From assembly GCF_018977255.1 (NCBI RefSeq), contig NW_024704742.1, positions 114,826,001-114,890,000 on the forward strand: 64,000 nucleotides of DNA, given 5' to 3'. Below are positions 50,751 to 63,920 of the stretch, one piece after another. How positions within the stretch are numbered: the stretch's first letter is position 1; each line of letters starts with the position of its first letter. The translations under genes were made by a program, and so were the position numbers. A model generated the notes under the pieces. That model had not been told where the DNA came from and did not search any database. It was given only the letters and a program-made list of their open reading frames with translations. This DNA comes from Callorhinchus milii (lineage: Eukaryota).

Positions 50751-52732
50751 TGTGAATATGCACTAAAGGCTAAGCAGTAGGCATGTGCTTCAGGAAGATA
50801 TTTGGGTTAGGTGGGATTAGGTACAGGCTAAATCTGGAGAAATTAAAAGAATGTTCATGTGACTGGGAAAAAAAGGCACAGCCTCATGGTGTGGACGATC
50901 CTGCACTCAAGGATAAAACAAGGAAGAAACAAATTAAGAGGCATGAAATAGCTTTCAATTTTGCTTTTCTCAATGGTTCTTTGCTGTTGCTAAGTAACGT
51001 TATGTAACTATCGATTCTCTGTATTTGCTACAGCATAGCTTTGTTATATTGGAGGATCTCACAGGAAGGTCAGTGATGGCAGTAGGTGTGTTGACAAGCA
51101 ACAGGGATTAGGAATTCTCTATCCCACACACTTCAAACTGCTTTTTTTTAAAAAAAGTCACTGCGTTTACTGGAATCTAGTGACAATTCGTAAGAGGCAG
51201 AAGGATAGTCAATGAACTGTTTGTTAAACTTTTCTGATTTTCTCTCATCGGGTAGCGTCTCATACTGAGCTATGGTTCCATAGGAAACAGCAGTCCTTCA
51301 GTGCCTGAGCCAAGTCGCATTCACCATTACATTTCTGGGCAGCAGACCATTCAATGACATGCAACAACATTGAACTCATTTAAAAAGCAGCTTGATGCCA
51401 GGATGTAAGGACATAAAGCTAGGTGTTCTGGAAAGATGAGATCAGATGGGCCGAAGCGTCTTTTTCATCGACCTAATGGTGATCTTGTGACTGTTCTATT
51501 TCTTCAACATCCAGAGGAGGTAGATCTGGGTAAATCTAAACAGGCAAGTGACAGCTTCCAGGGTGGTTTAAACCTTGCCATTGGCAATGGTACACTGACT
51601 GGGGGCAATCTGATTAAATTGGGTGATCTCTCTCCCCGAGTAGTCAAACTGCCCTTTATATCTACACTATAACTGTGTCTATATTAAATTCCCTGCAGTT
51701 CACATTTGAAACAGGGTGAACACAGTTAATTTTAAAAGTCTTGTGTTGGTGCCAAATATAACTAGATTTTATTTTAACAGAACAATATGTGACCTTCACC
51801 TCTTACATCCACTTACAACACAGGGCTGCTTCTTTTTACTGAAAGTAAACTGCGTACGGCACTTCCATCAGTGCGTTCCACTGATGAGACTCCGTGCCAC
51901 TCCATAATGATCTCTCAAACAGCAGTGATAACACTTGATCCTCACAAAACCCCATATCCCAATTATATAGCCATTGCTCATCAGAAGCCTTAATACTCAA
52001 CTGAAAAAAGCAAAGAATTTTGCCAAACTCTTTTCATACAGGATACCATCAGGTAGCTGGTTGTTATCTTAACGACAGAAAGAAATACAAACTCAATAGA
52101 GCTCAGAGTCACCCTCTGCCTCTTCAGCCCTAACGCCAGGTAAAAGCTCCCCTCCTGCAAACAATAATTTGTGAAGCTCTTAAGTGATGTTCCAACCTGA
52201 CAAGGTGCCATAAACATTTCTTTCTCTTTCTCGATCCTAAAAAATAAATTTTCAAACTAAACTGAATGAGGCTAATATCCTCCACAAAGCTCGACTGAAA
52301 AACAGGTAAAGATATGTTTTTTTTCCACTTGGACATTCTATTCATGAGCTGCTGATAGATTAAATGAGTAAAAACATTCTGCAACAGGATACATAATTTG
52401 GTAATAAAATGATTGATTAAAATGAATAATAAAATTTAAATGATTTGGTTTTAGCACAGAAACTATTCTAGTGCTAACTATTTAGCACAGGAACTATTCT
52501 GCTCATCCTGCCTGTGCCATGCTAGATCACCATTTGAAATATTAAAAGATCTGCCATGGTATAAAATTATGGTATTTCAACAGTCCAAATGGCTTACTCC
52601 TGTTATCTTCGTAGAAACTGATAGCCCAAGAGAGAGCGAGAGAGAGAGAAAGAGAGAGAAAAAATACTTAATTAGCCTCAGGTCTAAGCATGGGAAGAGA
52701 GTTTCCCATCTGCTCTTCCAAAGGAATCATCT

Positions 52733-52734
<2 letters not shown>

Positions 52735-52775
<41 letters not shown>
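52735..52775. repeat. Compound (TA)n(CA)n microsatellite
   Basis: Seen directly in the sequence. Confidence 0.9.
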
Positions 52776-52776
<1 letters not shown>

Positions 52777-52799
52777 TCAGCTCATATATATACATTCCA

Positions 52800-54797
52800 T
52801 CCAGCCTAACGGTCCACCGGCACATCAGGCTGGACCACATCAAAACTTACCACTCCGCTCTCGCCTCGGCCAAATTGTCCTTCTACTCCAGGTTAATCCT
52901 GAAGGCGAAGGGCATCCCACAGGCTCCTGTTCTCCACCACCAACCGGCGTCTCCGCCCTCCCCGTCACCCCTTGCAGATTCTTTCCTCCGACTCCCACTG
53001 CAAGGAAATGCTGGACTTCCTCGAGTGCAAAATCGAGGGAATCCGCTCAGCTGCCACTGCCCTCCCACTTCCATCCCCTCCCTATCCACCCACACTCCGA
53101 CCACTACCCATCCCTCCTTCCACACCTTTGAACCTGTCACCCTCTCCTCTATCATCACCACCATATCCTCCATGAAGCCCACCACCTGCTCCCTGGACCC
53201 CATCCCCACCCCTCTCCTTAAATCCCAGCTCCACCTCCGTGCCCCACTACTCGCCGACATCATCAACCTCTCCCTGTCATCTGGCACTGTTTCTACCCCC
53301 CTCAAAACAGCCACTATCACCCCCACCTTGAAGAAATCTTCCCTTGATCCATCACAGCTATCCAGCTACCGGCCCATCTCCAGCCACCCTTTTCTGACAA
53401 GGTCCTTGAGAGCCATTGCCTCCCAGTTTCGCACTTTCCTCTCACTCCCTCCATGAGCCCCTCCAATCGGGATTCCGGGATGTCCACAGCATAGAAACTG
53501 CTCTGGTTAAGGTCACAAATGACATCTTGACCATGTGTGACCAAGTCTCCCTCTGCCTCCCCATTTTCTCCGCTGCTTTTGACACTGTGGACCATTCAAT
53601 CCTCCTCCACCACCTCTCTTCCCACCTCAACTTCCAAGGTTCTGTCCTTGACTGGTTTAGGTCCTACCTTTCACACCACCTCCACTTCGTCTCAGCAAAC
53701 GGCTTCTCCTCCAGCCCCCACACCGTCTTGTGCGGTTTTCCTCAGGGCACTGTCCTCGGTCCCCTCCTCGTCACCCTCTACATGCTCCCTCCACCTTGGT
53801 GACATCATCCGCAGACATGGGGTAAATTTCCACATGTATGGGGATGACACCCAACTCTACCTCTCTGCCTCCACCCTCAACTCCAGGACTACTGGCGTCC
53901 TGATCGACTGCCTGTCCAACATCAAGTCCTGGACGAGGGACAACTTTCTACAATTGAACGTCAGCATGACCGAGGCCCTCCTGATTGGCTCGTACCAGCG
54001 CCTCAGCATCTCGGGCGCTGGTAGCATCAGCCTCCACGACTGCACACTCAACCTCACTAACCCAGTCAGGAACCTGGGTGTCTTGTTTGACCCTGAATTG
54101 TCCTTTCTCCCCCACACCCGTGCCATTACCGCACTGCCTACCACCACCTCTGCAACATTGCCAGACTCTCCCACTGCCTCACCCCTCAGGCTGCTGAAAC
54201 CCTCACCCACACATTCGTCACATCACGGCTCGATTATGGAAATTCCCTCCTCATCGGCCTTCCCAACTCTTCCCTTCACAAGTTGCAGATCATCCAAAAC
54301 TCTGCAGCTCGTGTACTCTCGCGCACCAGGCTCCATAACCCCATCACTCCCACCCTCGCCCGACTCCACTGGCTCCCCATCCCCCAGAGGATTGAATTCA
54401 AGATCCTCGTCCTCACTTTCAAGGCTGTCCATGGCATTACCCCCTCCTACCTCTCTGGCCTGCTGACTCCCTACCAACCTGCTCGCTCCCTCCATTCAGC
54501 GGGCTCTGGGCTGCTCCATGTCTCCCACCCGACCCGTCCTACCATTGGTGGCCGGGCTTTCAGCCTCTCTGCCACCACACTCTGAAACTCCATCCCACAG
54601 TCCCTTCGCCTCGCTTCCTCCATTGCCTCCTTCAAGGCTGGTCTCAAGACCCTCCTCTTTGATCGTGCTTCGGTCACCCTCCACCTCTCTGCTTTCCCTC
54701 ACCCATACCCCACCCCTCCTCCATGCTCGGGTCCTGACCCCTGACTGTCCTCCCGACGTGAAAGGCGCTCAATAAATGTAATTTTGTTGTTGTTGTT
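52800..54797 (+). mobile_element. Longest L2 LINE copy (about 2 kb, 5'-truncated, whole RT domain, frameshifted)
   Basis: MKPTTCSLDPIPT, IINLSLSSG, YRPIS, QSGFR..HSIETALVKVTNDIL, SAAFDTVDH, GFPQGTVLGP, HMYGDDTQLY, LHWLPI and a (TTG)n tail. Confidence 0.96.
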
Positions 54798-54799
54798 GG

Positions 54800-54885
54800 C
54801 AATACAAATGTGGAATTCTTAGTCTGGTTTGGATACTCTTAAGCATGGTGATGGGTTTCCACATGTGCCAGATACTCCACTGACC
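54800..54885 (-). repeat. Fragment of the unclassified ~250-bp repeat
   Basis: ggtttggatactcttaagcatggtgatgggtttcc is the reverse complement of the 30550-30590 segment. Confidence 0.8.
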
Positions 54886-56604
54886 AAGACAGTCAAAATA
54901 AGACATTATACAAAGAAATAGCCGTTGACTCCTAACACCTTGGACATTAATGCGGATGTCAGCCTGAGTGCTATGATTACAACTTGCTTTTCAGGATCCA
55001 GCAGGTCCGCTCTGATAAATGGGGTAAAGACCAGGACATTAAGTCACCCTCTTATTGCAGAGGGACAGATGCTTTCTTAACAAGCTTAATCACAACACGT
55101 TTGATTTCCTGTCTCAAAATGCCAAGGCACATTGACATTAAATGGGAGAACAGTTGTCTGCACAATTCTTCAACATCTCTTCCGATTAGGAACTGCAGGA
55201 ATCTGCTCACTGGAGAGTTTCACATGCACATCAGTGCATTCTTCACAACCGATCTTTAGCACCCTACCGGTATTGCCATCTGGTCCTGTAGCCCTGGTGC
55301 CAACAGCCTCCTGTAAGAACTTTAAAACACAAGCAGAACACAGCACTCCAATTGCAGACATCTGCTATGCTTCACTTTGGGGATGAGCTCCTTCTGCACG
55401 CGACAGCTGAATGCCTGCTACTAAAAGCGCCTTCAGTTTTCGATACCAATAGCCTAGCTTCCATCACCATCTGAACCATTTGCACTGCAGAAGACTTCGG
55501 TGAAAAGTTTCATCCAGGTTTGAATCACAACATCTCAAACAGACAACAACTCCCCGACATTTGCAACGAGGCTTCTCTCCACAACCACTTGGTCCAACAC
55601 TGTATGTATCAAAGAATTCACTTTCCATCGCCAGAAATCAGGAGGAGATTAATTCCATGTGTATCAGCCTCATGCAAATCTCTCCCTGCAGCACAAGACT
55701 ACAAGTCAGACCAAAACTGGGCAAGATTTCACTTGAAACACAAGTATGACAATTATATAGCATCAATTATCCTTAACCACACAACTGCTATCAAAGATCA
55801 ACAGCTTATTTTTGATTATATGTACAAATAATAATTATATATACATATATTGCATATTCCTGACAATTTTGCACCTAACTGTCCTGAAAAGATAATTGGT
55901 CTCAAAATTAGATACATTTATAATAAATATTAATAACATACACACAAAATGCTAATGTAATACAATACAAATGTACATGCATATATAGCCTTTCATGTGA
56001 AGAGGACTGGAAATAGGTGGGGGTAGGGGAGGGGAAAAATGACTGAAAGAGTGGTCAAAGAGGTGGGGCTTGAGTTGGACCTTAAACCATCCTAGTTTGT
56101 ATAGGCAAACGTCCATGGCTGCTCGACCATCACAAGAATGCAGAGACCCAATGTGAAGCCAAATGACTTTCACAAGAATTCAAAGAATTTCAAATTCTAA
56201 TAAACATGTAGGTTTTGTAGCATTTTCTAGTATCTCGCCTACCCTGCCAATTCTTCGTGCCAAAAGCTGTTAAAGCATGAGGGTATTACAGCTGAAATAA
56301 TATCGGCTTAATAAACAGGGTGGCTAAGAAAAATGGGCAGATGTAGCAGAGACAATTTGAACCAAACGGCCCCATTCTGTCCTGAAGATTTGTTTGGACC
56401 TTACGACAATAATGTAGATGCCAGTCATGTCTAACCACCTTCCATTCCCTGCAATAAGAATTCCAGTCAACTCTTGAACTGAAGTACATTAAGAGTGAGA
56501 GGCCATGAAATCACATAATTTCATATTGGCAATGTCTTACCATCACAATGAGGCATCAGGTTCAAAAGTTCTTCTTATCTGTGTTTTTTCAGGGTGCTTG
56601 TTTT

Positions 56605-56865
56605 GATCAGCCAGGTGTCCGACACATCCAGAAACCCATCAGCATGCTAAAGAGTATTTGAACCAGACTGAGAGTTCCACATGTGTTTGCGACTTACACG
56701 TGGAAATTTTCCCATGTCTGGAATGGAACGCGCACTCTCTCCCTGGAGAGACGCACCCGGTTTACCTAATTCCAGAAAGCATTAGACACAGGAGGGCAAG
56801 TGCCAAGACTTGGAGCTTGCCATTGAAAGCACTCGCTGGTTGGCCAGCTGGGACCAACTATAGAT
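56605..56865 (+). repeat. Copy of the unclassified ~250-bp repeat
   Basis: cagccaggtgtccgac..gaaacccatcagcatgctaaagagtat..ggaatggaacgcgcactctctccctggag..cctaattccagaaagcattag. Confidence 0.85.
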
Positions 56866-59010
56866 CAGCGAGATACAGAGAAACATACTAGTGAAGCATA
56901 TTCTACAGGAACCAAGACCTAATTGTGGGGAAATAGTTGAGAAAGTTTGCCCAGGTATCCATTCACAATTGTTGTGCTGGATTTTTTTTATCATCACTTT
57001 GTTTTCTCCTTTAATGTCTGTGAACGTGCTTGGCAAATCCCTGAGGACTAATAAACATGGAACTGTGTGATGTTTTGCAGTCAGCCCATTACTGTGATTG
57101 ATAACACCAATATTGGAACAGCTGGGGACCCCGATAAACTGCTCCCGTGTGTTCTGCTCTTCTGCAGTGAACAAAACGCAGCCACGGACAGCAGCTCTTT
57201 ACTGGGCAGATCTATCTTCCAGACATCAAACCCAATAAATATTTAAAGCTGCAGCAACAATCTATCATCACCCTTGTGTCTGTATGATAAATTCACTGAG
57301 GCTGCCCCAACAAATAAGCTCTGTATACTGGAGTCATTTGTAAACTAAAAAGAGAACTTTAAAGAAGAGATTATCAGGATGAAATACTAATCTCTCACCA
57401 ACACCCAGACGCACATCAACAACTAGCAATCTGATGGATTCTCTCATCCAGCAGGATATCACTTAAAATGACCGAGCCAAGAGGTCCAGCTGTTCCCACT
57501 GGAAAAGGGTCTTAAAAAGAATACAGATGATTTAGAAGGGAAAGGAGGATAACACAACTTGAACCTTGGGTGAATACATCACTGACTTCAACTAGGGTTT
57601 AGCTTCACAGGCACTGACTACCTTCATCCAACAGTAATATTTGAGCCGAGACAGGGTGTGTGGGTTGCCTGTTCAACTGTGGCGGTTGCTACAGCTGTGT
57701 CCAACGTCACAGCTGTGCTCGACCCCACCCAAGGTCTAGACAGGGACAGGTTTCACAAGAGTGGCTGAAGTCCTGTGAAACAATGGATGTCACCATCACA
57801 GAAAAGATTCTGGACTCAGGCCATAAACCTGTGTGATCTCTCTCTCTCTCGGATGGCAGCTGAAGGAATTATTCAATTGTCTTTGATTGTTTATGCAAAA
57901 TCTTTTAACCTCCATCCCAAACACCTATACCGCCTCCCCATAAACTCTATCCCCTCCACACAACGAGTAGCAACCAACACTAAGAAACATTTCAGCCTTG
58001 AAGATTGCATTAATGCAGTGAAATTTGTTTTACGAAAAAAAATTTTAGCTTGGAATTTCTGTTAATCAAAAAGGGTGTTTTTCACACATCGTCCAGGTGC
58101 ATGGCCAGAGCGTGGCCTTACCCAGAGGCTGTCATTCCTATAATGTTCAACATGGCTTGAAAGCGGACAGTCCCAAACAAAGAGGCCATGTGGCTGCAGC
58201 CCAAATGTAACAAAATCACAAGAGTAACAACTGATATCATGGAAGATTAAAGTAGCAGCAATGATGTGATGTGATTGATCTACTTTTGAGGTAGGGCTTG
58301 AGTTGCCCGAGCAGGATAATAGAGCAGGAGCATCCAGCAGATGGTCTATTTAACGCAACGGCATCCAATGCTCTTCAGAGCACTGAGTGAAAGATGCTCC
58401 ATTCAATGGCAAAGGCACTTGAGGGGGGAGAACTCACACCCAAATTAACCATTTTCACCTAATTGGCATATTATTTCATCTACTGTAGCCAGAGTTGAAG
58501 TGGTCATTACTTAGACTTTTTCTTTAAAAAAGTGTCGCAGTGGCTTCCCAGGAGCATTTATATCCTTACAATGTATAATAGGAAATGCTGAGCTTTGAAT
58601 CGCTTGAGTAATTCAGTGGGTGGAATAGACAGAATTTTTATTTTGTGAGCTTTGTACTTTTTGTAAATCAGTGCCGACATATACTGGCAGAGAATTCTGA
58701 TGATCTACTTAAATATAGGTCTGTCTGGGGACTCAAATCATTACACAGATATAACTACCTGCCTTAGATTTGATTTCAGAATGCAAAATACCAGAGGCAT
58801 TGATTTAATCCTGTTTTGATTATACTAGTAATAATTCATATATTTGCATCATTGAACAAATTCCTACAGCTTTACAAAGGCATTGATCTGAACAAAGTAG
58901 ATCCAAGATCTTTACAAAATAGCATTCAGATCCAATTTGAAATAACATCCTTTCAGTATAACAGAATAATCCATGCATGTGATTGCATAGGATTTACCTT
59001 AAAGTGCAGT

Positions 59011-59323
59011 GAGTCCTGTAGCTCAGTGGTTAGAGCACTCGCTTTGCAAGTGAGAGACCTGAGTTCAATTCCAGGCACAGGGCGAAACCTTGGGCAAGTT
59101 TCCTTACTCCACACGCCTAATAATAATCCCTCCAAAAAAACAAAACAATAATAAATTGGTCATTTTCAATCTGCGACTGTTTGTGGGACACTGCTGTGCG
59201 CAATTGGCTGCCGCGTTCGCCCACAAATATACAGTCAATTCACTTCACAGTATATTCTGTGAAGCGCTTTGGGACTTCCTCCCGACGTGAAAAGCGCTAT
59301 ATCAAATGCAAGGATTATTATTA
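59011..59323 (+). mobile_element. Full-length tRNA-headed SINE, short variant
   Basis: Intact A and B boxes and tail. Nearly identical to the copies at 60357 and 42854. Confidence 0.93.
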
Positions 59324-59339
59324 TATTCTTATTTTTAGA

Positions 59340-59820
59340 CAAACACGGCAGCCAACTGGCACACAGCAATGCCCCACAAACCGCCATGAAGTGAATGATC
59401 AATTTTATCTGGAGAATTATTCACCAAGACACCCTGAGAAACTCCCTCCTCTTTTCAAACAGTACCATTGTCCACTTAAATAACCACAAGGGGCCTCAGT
59501 ATTGTATAATAATCCTTGCATTTGATATAGCGCCTTATCACATCTTCGAGACGTCTCAAAGTGCTTCACAGAATATAATGTAAAGTGAATTGATTATATA
59601 TTTTGTGGGCGAAACAGGGCAGCCAACTGGCACACAGCAATGTCCTACAAACCACCATGAAGTGAATGACCTCGGTATAATATCTGAAGGAAGGCACCTC
59701 CAACAATGCCACACATCCGCAGCACTGCACTGGAGTGTCAGCCTAGCCTATATGAGTTCAAAGTCCGAACAAGGGACCTGAACCTAACCTTCTGACTTCT
59801 GACACTAACTGAGCCAGACT
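59340..59820 (-). mobile_element. Rearranged or nested SINE fragments (Deu-domain pieces plus a SINE tail at about 59505-59620)
   Basis: ggcagccaactggcacacagcaatg..acaaacc.ccatgaagtgaatga occurs twice (about 59347 and 59618). A reverse head lies near 59780-59815. Confidence 0.7.
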
Positions 59821-60356
59821 GACATAGGTTAGAAACATAGACGTTCAGGGAAACTACTTCACTACACTTTTGTTTAAAGGTCTCATTTCTCAGTGAAGGG
59901 GATGAGAACTTGTCTGTAAACAGAATGGCTTCAAGTACAATAATACCTTTGTCAGCATGGAAATTAACAGGAAACAGCCAGTAAAAAAAAACGCAAGTCG
60001 ACTGACCTTCCAAACCTTCCACATATCCTTTAAACAATGTTCTATACTGGAGAAAGTACAGAACATTGCTGTTATTATTGTAAATTGTACAACTTTGAGG
60101 GGGATGGAATTAGGTAGCATATGCAAAGTTTTACTGTTTAACACAAGATTGCAAAGAATACTCAAATCTGCCTCTATGGAAACCTTTAGCTGTTCCAATA
60201 TCTACAGTGGCATTTCTGCAATAGACAAATTTAGCCTGCCTAAAGTAGCTACTGCCTGGCCCAACCCATCAAGTGTTTGCAGCAAGGTTACTTGTAAATG
60301 TACAAAATCATCTAAGTAACTTTAGTTTTGACTAAATTATGTCCCCTTCTGAAGGT

Positions 60357-60675
60357 GGAGTCCTGTAGCTCAGTGGTTAGAGCATTCGCTTTGCAAGTGA
60401 GAGACCTCAGTTCAATTCCAGGCAGGGCGAAACCTTGGGCAAGTTTCCTTACTCCACACGCTTAATAATAATCCCTCCAAAACCAAAAACAATAATAAAT
60501 TGGGCATTTTCAATCCACGACTATTTGTGGACACTGCTGTGCGCAATTGGCTGCCGCGTTCGCCCACAAATATACAGTCAATTCACTTTACAGTATATTC
60601 TGTGAAGCGCTTTGGGACATCCTCCCGACGTGAAAAGCGCTATATCAAATGCAAGGATTATTATTATTATTATTA
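60357..60675 (+). mobile_element. Full-length tRNA-headed SINE, short variant (young copy)
   Basis: ggagtcctgtagctcagtggttagagc...gggacatcctcccgacgtgaaaagcgctatatcaaatgcaagg(att)n. Confidence 0.94.
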
Positions 60676-61871
60676 CTGATTCTTGTTGGCAGCATTAGTT
60701 GTGAACGTTTAACTTATTAGTACTAATAAGAAATTACATATGAATATTCTGAATTGGTTACTTAGATTTTAGGAACTGAGAGCCCAGCATGGGACTGTTC
60801 CAGAGGGATGCAGGCGTATCTTGGGCTTGGTTAACCAGGCTAATTTACAGCCCATTTTCTCTCTTATTTGCTCTATTAACTGAAACGAGGACAATTCCCT
60901 GCATTTGTTCTTCAATAACCACAAGTTTTTTTTAATCACTCAAGGTCATCATGACATTCCTTTCTTTCAAGTAACTCATAATTGACAAACATGTTTATAA
61001 TGCAATCAAGCGATAGAAGACATTTCAATTTTATTTTGAAAGAAGGATGTCTTTCATCATTTGATTGCATTATAAAACTTTTTTGGAATAAGTCTCATTA
61101 ACATACTGGCTAATTTAGCATTCTGGCTAACATACTGTTTGAGATAGTGGGGGGAATGCTGTGTTTTATCATTATCTGAATTAAATTTTATGCAACCACC
61201 ATAAGCTTTGGTCTTCCAGGAAATTCTAAAATGCTTCCATTATCTCTAATTTCTCATTGATGCCTTGGTGCAAACCCTTGGATATCTGATGTCTTGCAGA
61301 TCCTAGCTATTCTTGTACTTGTGGTGAATTTGGTCAGTCGTTGTATGAATTTAAAGTCTCTTTAGATTACAAACTGCTGTCGACATAGTAACCAATGTCT
61401 ATTTGGAATGCACAAAGTGAAAACTAGGGCTGTTTTCAAATTTTTTTGGAGTTAGATAAAAGAACAGCACTAAAATAACTGAAGCCGAAAAAGAACTCTG
61501 CCCTTGTTTTCGGTAGAAACTGTACGTGCAGATAGCACACTAGTTTGCATTGATGGTAAATGCCTCAAGCACTAAAGTATGGAACAAGTTTACTTTTTGA
61601 AAAGAGATGAAGATTAAGAATACACCTAAATTCTAGGACACAATTTAAAATATACAATGGTCATGGTTTGAATTGAACACATATTGCGGCCACTGTGAAC
61701 CCACAGCCATAGCCAGGCTGGCTCATCGGCAGGACTTTGAAGGGCAGAGCATTCACTAGGGCAGGGACTCTTTGCAATCAGGTCCCTGGAAGCCAAAGCC
61801 CTAATGGGTGGGCTGGTCCAGCTGGACAAGCAACAGGAAAGCTTGCCAGGTAATGTCCTCAATGGTAAGCT

Positions 61872-62450
61872 ATGCAATACTTCTTTAGAACCTCGGTTAG
61901 ACCACACTTAGAATACTGTGTGCAGTTCTGGTCTCCACATTTTAGAAGGGATGTAGAGGCAATGGAGAGGGTGCAAAGGAGATTCACAAGGATGATCCCA
62001 GAACTGAGAGGTTATACCTATCAGGAAAAGCTGAACATGCTTGGACTCTTCTCTTGAAAAGAGGGTAAGGGCTGACCTGATGGAGGTCTTTAAAATGATG
62101 AAAGGTTTGATAGGGTAGACATAGAGAAGATGTTTCCACTTGTGGGGAGACCAAAACCAGGAGCCATCAATATAAAATAGTTACAAATAGATCAAATAGG
62201 GAAGTTAGAAGAAATCTCTTCACAAAGAGAGTATCGGGAATGTGGAACATGCTACAACGAGGAGTTGTTGAGGCAAATAGCATAGATATAATTAAGGGGA
62301 AGCTAGATAGGTACATGAGGGAGAAAGGAATAGAAGGTTATGCTTGAAGGCTTGGTTGGGGAACGGCAGGAGGAGGCTCTTGTGGAGCATAAACACTGGC
62401 ATAGACCAGTTGGGCCGAATGGGCTGTTTCTGTGCTGTATATTCTAATGT
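61872..62450 (+). mobile_element. CR1 LINE 3' fragment
   Basis: VRPHLEYCVQFWSPHFRRDVEAMERVQRRFTRMIPELRG, and UTR gggccgaatgggctgtttctgtgctgta. Confidence 0.93.
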
Positions 62451-62451
62451 A

Positions 62452-62625
62452 TTAGCTGGTTAACTCCAGCAATACCCCAAAGCACACCCTGTAGTTCCCA
62501 AACCTTAACTCCTGCCAACCTGCACCTAATACTCCCTGTAATTAGGGAAGCAGTGATGAGTCCCTCCAGGGAGAGAGTGCACATTGCATTCCAACAAATA
62601 TCTCTAGAATTTCCATGAATAGGTG
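62452..62625 (-). repeat. Copy of the unclassified ~250-bp repeat
   Basis: agctggttaactccagca..cctaatactccctgtaattagg..tccctccagggagagagtgcacattgcattccaaca is the reverse of the 30630-30780 segment. Confidence 0.8.
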
Positions 62626-63419
62626 GGATGAGCTACAGGACTCCACAACTTAGGCAGATAGAGAGGGGGCAAGACGGAGGGGTAGAGGAAAGGAAGTCCA
62701 TAGATTATCTAGATAATTGTCCATTGTGCAAAATACAAATAAACAAAATAATAATCATAGTAGCTGACAAAGCGAGGTTCATGTTGAAAGGACATCTTAA
62801 AACTTTCCAACGCATTGTCGGGTTTAATCATTACGATGAAACCCAAGGGCAGATGAACGATTTTCAAAAAGTCCAACTGGAACAAACCTGTATACCAAAG
62901 AGTGTTCAGCCCTGCAACCAGTCGATAATTATTTCATAATTATTAGTTGATTTGATAAGCTAATTATGAAATCACAAATTTACCCCTAATAGTTTAATAT
63001 ATTGAGTAATACAATTTACATTGATATAACGACTTTCGAATCAGGAGAACATCTGAAAGCACTTACCTAGATAAACCTAGTTGAAAAGCAAAGATGGGCA
63101 AAGGTGCATCGTGTAGTGATAATAAGAACAACCTTCAACGATGCTAGAATGAGATGTGATCAATCACAAACACTAGATCTTTACCAGCTGAAACTCACAC
63201 CAGGTTTCATCACACAGAAATCACATTAAAGGATCAGGCATGTTCCAAGTTCTCACAGGCAGTTGACAAACATTAGCCATAAAGGTGATATCAACAAACG
63301 TGGGAGAGTGCTAGAGGAATCAGAGTATTTCAACATAAATATTTGACAGATTACAAGACTAGTTTGCAGGGATTCAGAAAACAATAAAGTAGCAAACAGA
63401 GATATGGGATCTTTAAGGT

Positions 63420-63900
63420 CCACTTGAAAAACAGGCAGAGAGGGGACCTCAGTTTAACACCTCATCTGAATGACTGCACCACCAACAATGTAGTACTGCC
63501 CCAGAATTGCACTGGAATTTCAGTCAGCCTAGACTTTAGAATAATATAATAATCCTTGCATTTGATATAGCGCTTTTCATGTCTTCTTGACGTCTCAAAG
63601 CGCTTCACAGAATAGACTGTAAAGTGAATTGACCGTATATTTGTGGGCGAAATCATAGAATCATACAGCACAGAAAGAGGCCATTCGGCCCATCTTGTCT
63701 GTGCCGGCTCTTTGAAAAGAGCTATCCAAAACAAATCCCACTCCCCTGCTCTCTCCCCATAACCCTGCAAACGTATCCTCCCCAAATAATTATCTACTTC
63801 TCTCCTAAACATTATCAAATCGGCTTCCACCACCCTTTCAGGAAATCATTCCAGATCCAAACAACTTGCTGTGTGAAAAAATTTCTCCTCACCTCTGCCT
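63420..63900 (-). mobile_element. Cluster: Deu-SINE fragment (63420-63535), SINE tail (63541-63652) and CR1 3' end (63655-63900)
   Basis: Motif matches to other copies. The CR1 tail reads catagaatcatacagcacagaaagaggccattcggccc on the plus strand. Confidence 0.8.
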
Positions 63901-63920
63901 CTTTTAACAAATATTTTTGT

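Noticed and set aside
51860..51940. Hammerhead-like CTGATGAG...CTCAAAC
   Set aside because: Lacks the invariant GAAA and any convincing stems I and III.
52569..54466. 295-aa and 309-aa ORFs as a host gene or intact RT
   Set aside because: Frameshifted pieces of a 5'-truncated L2. The RT motifs are spread across several frames.
55250..55500. Gypsy-like RT/RNase H connection hints (FTWG, PFALQ)
   Set aside because: Needs several frameshifts and matches only a few residues, so it cannot be distinguished from chance by eye.
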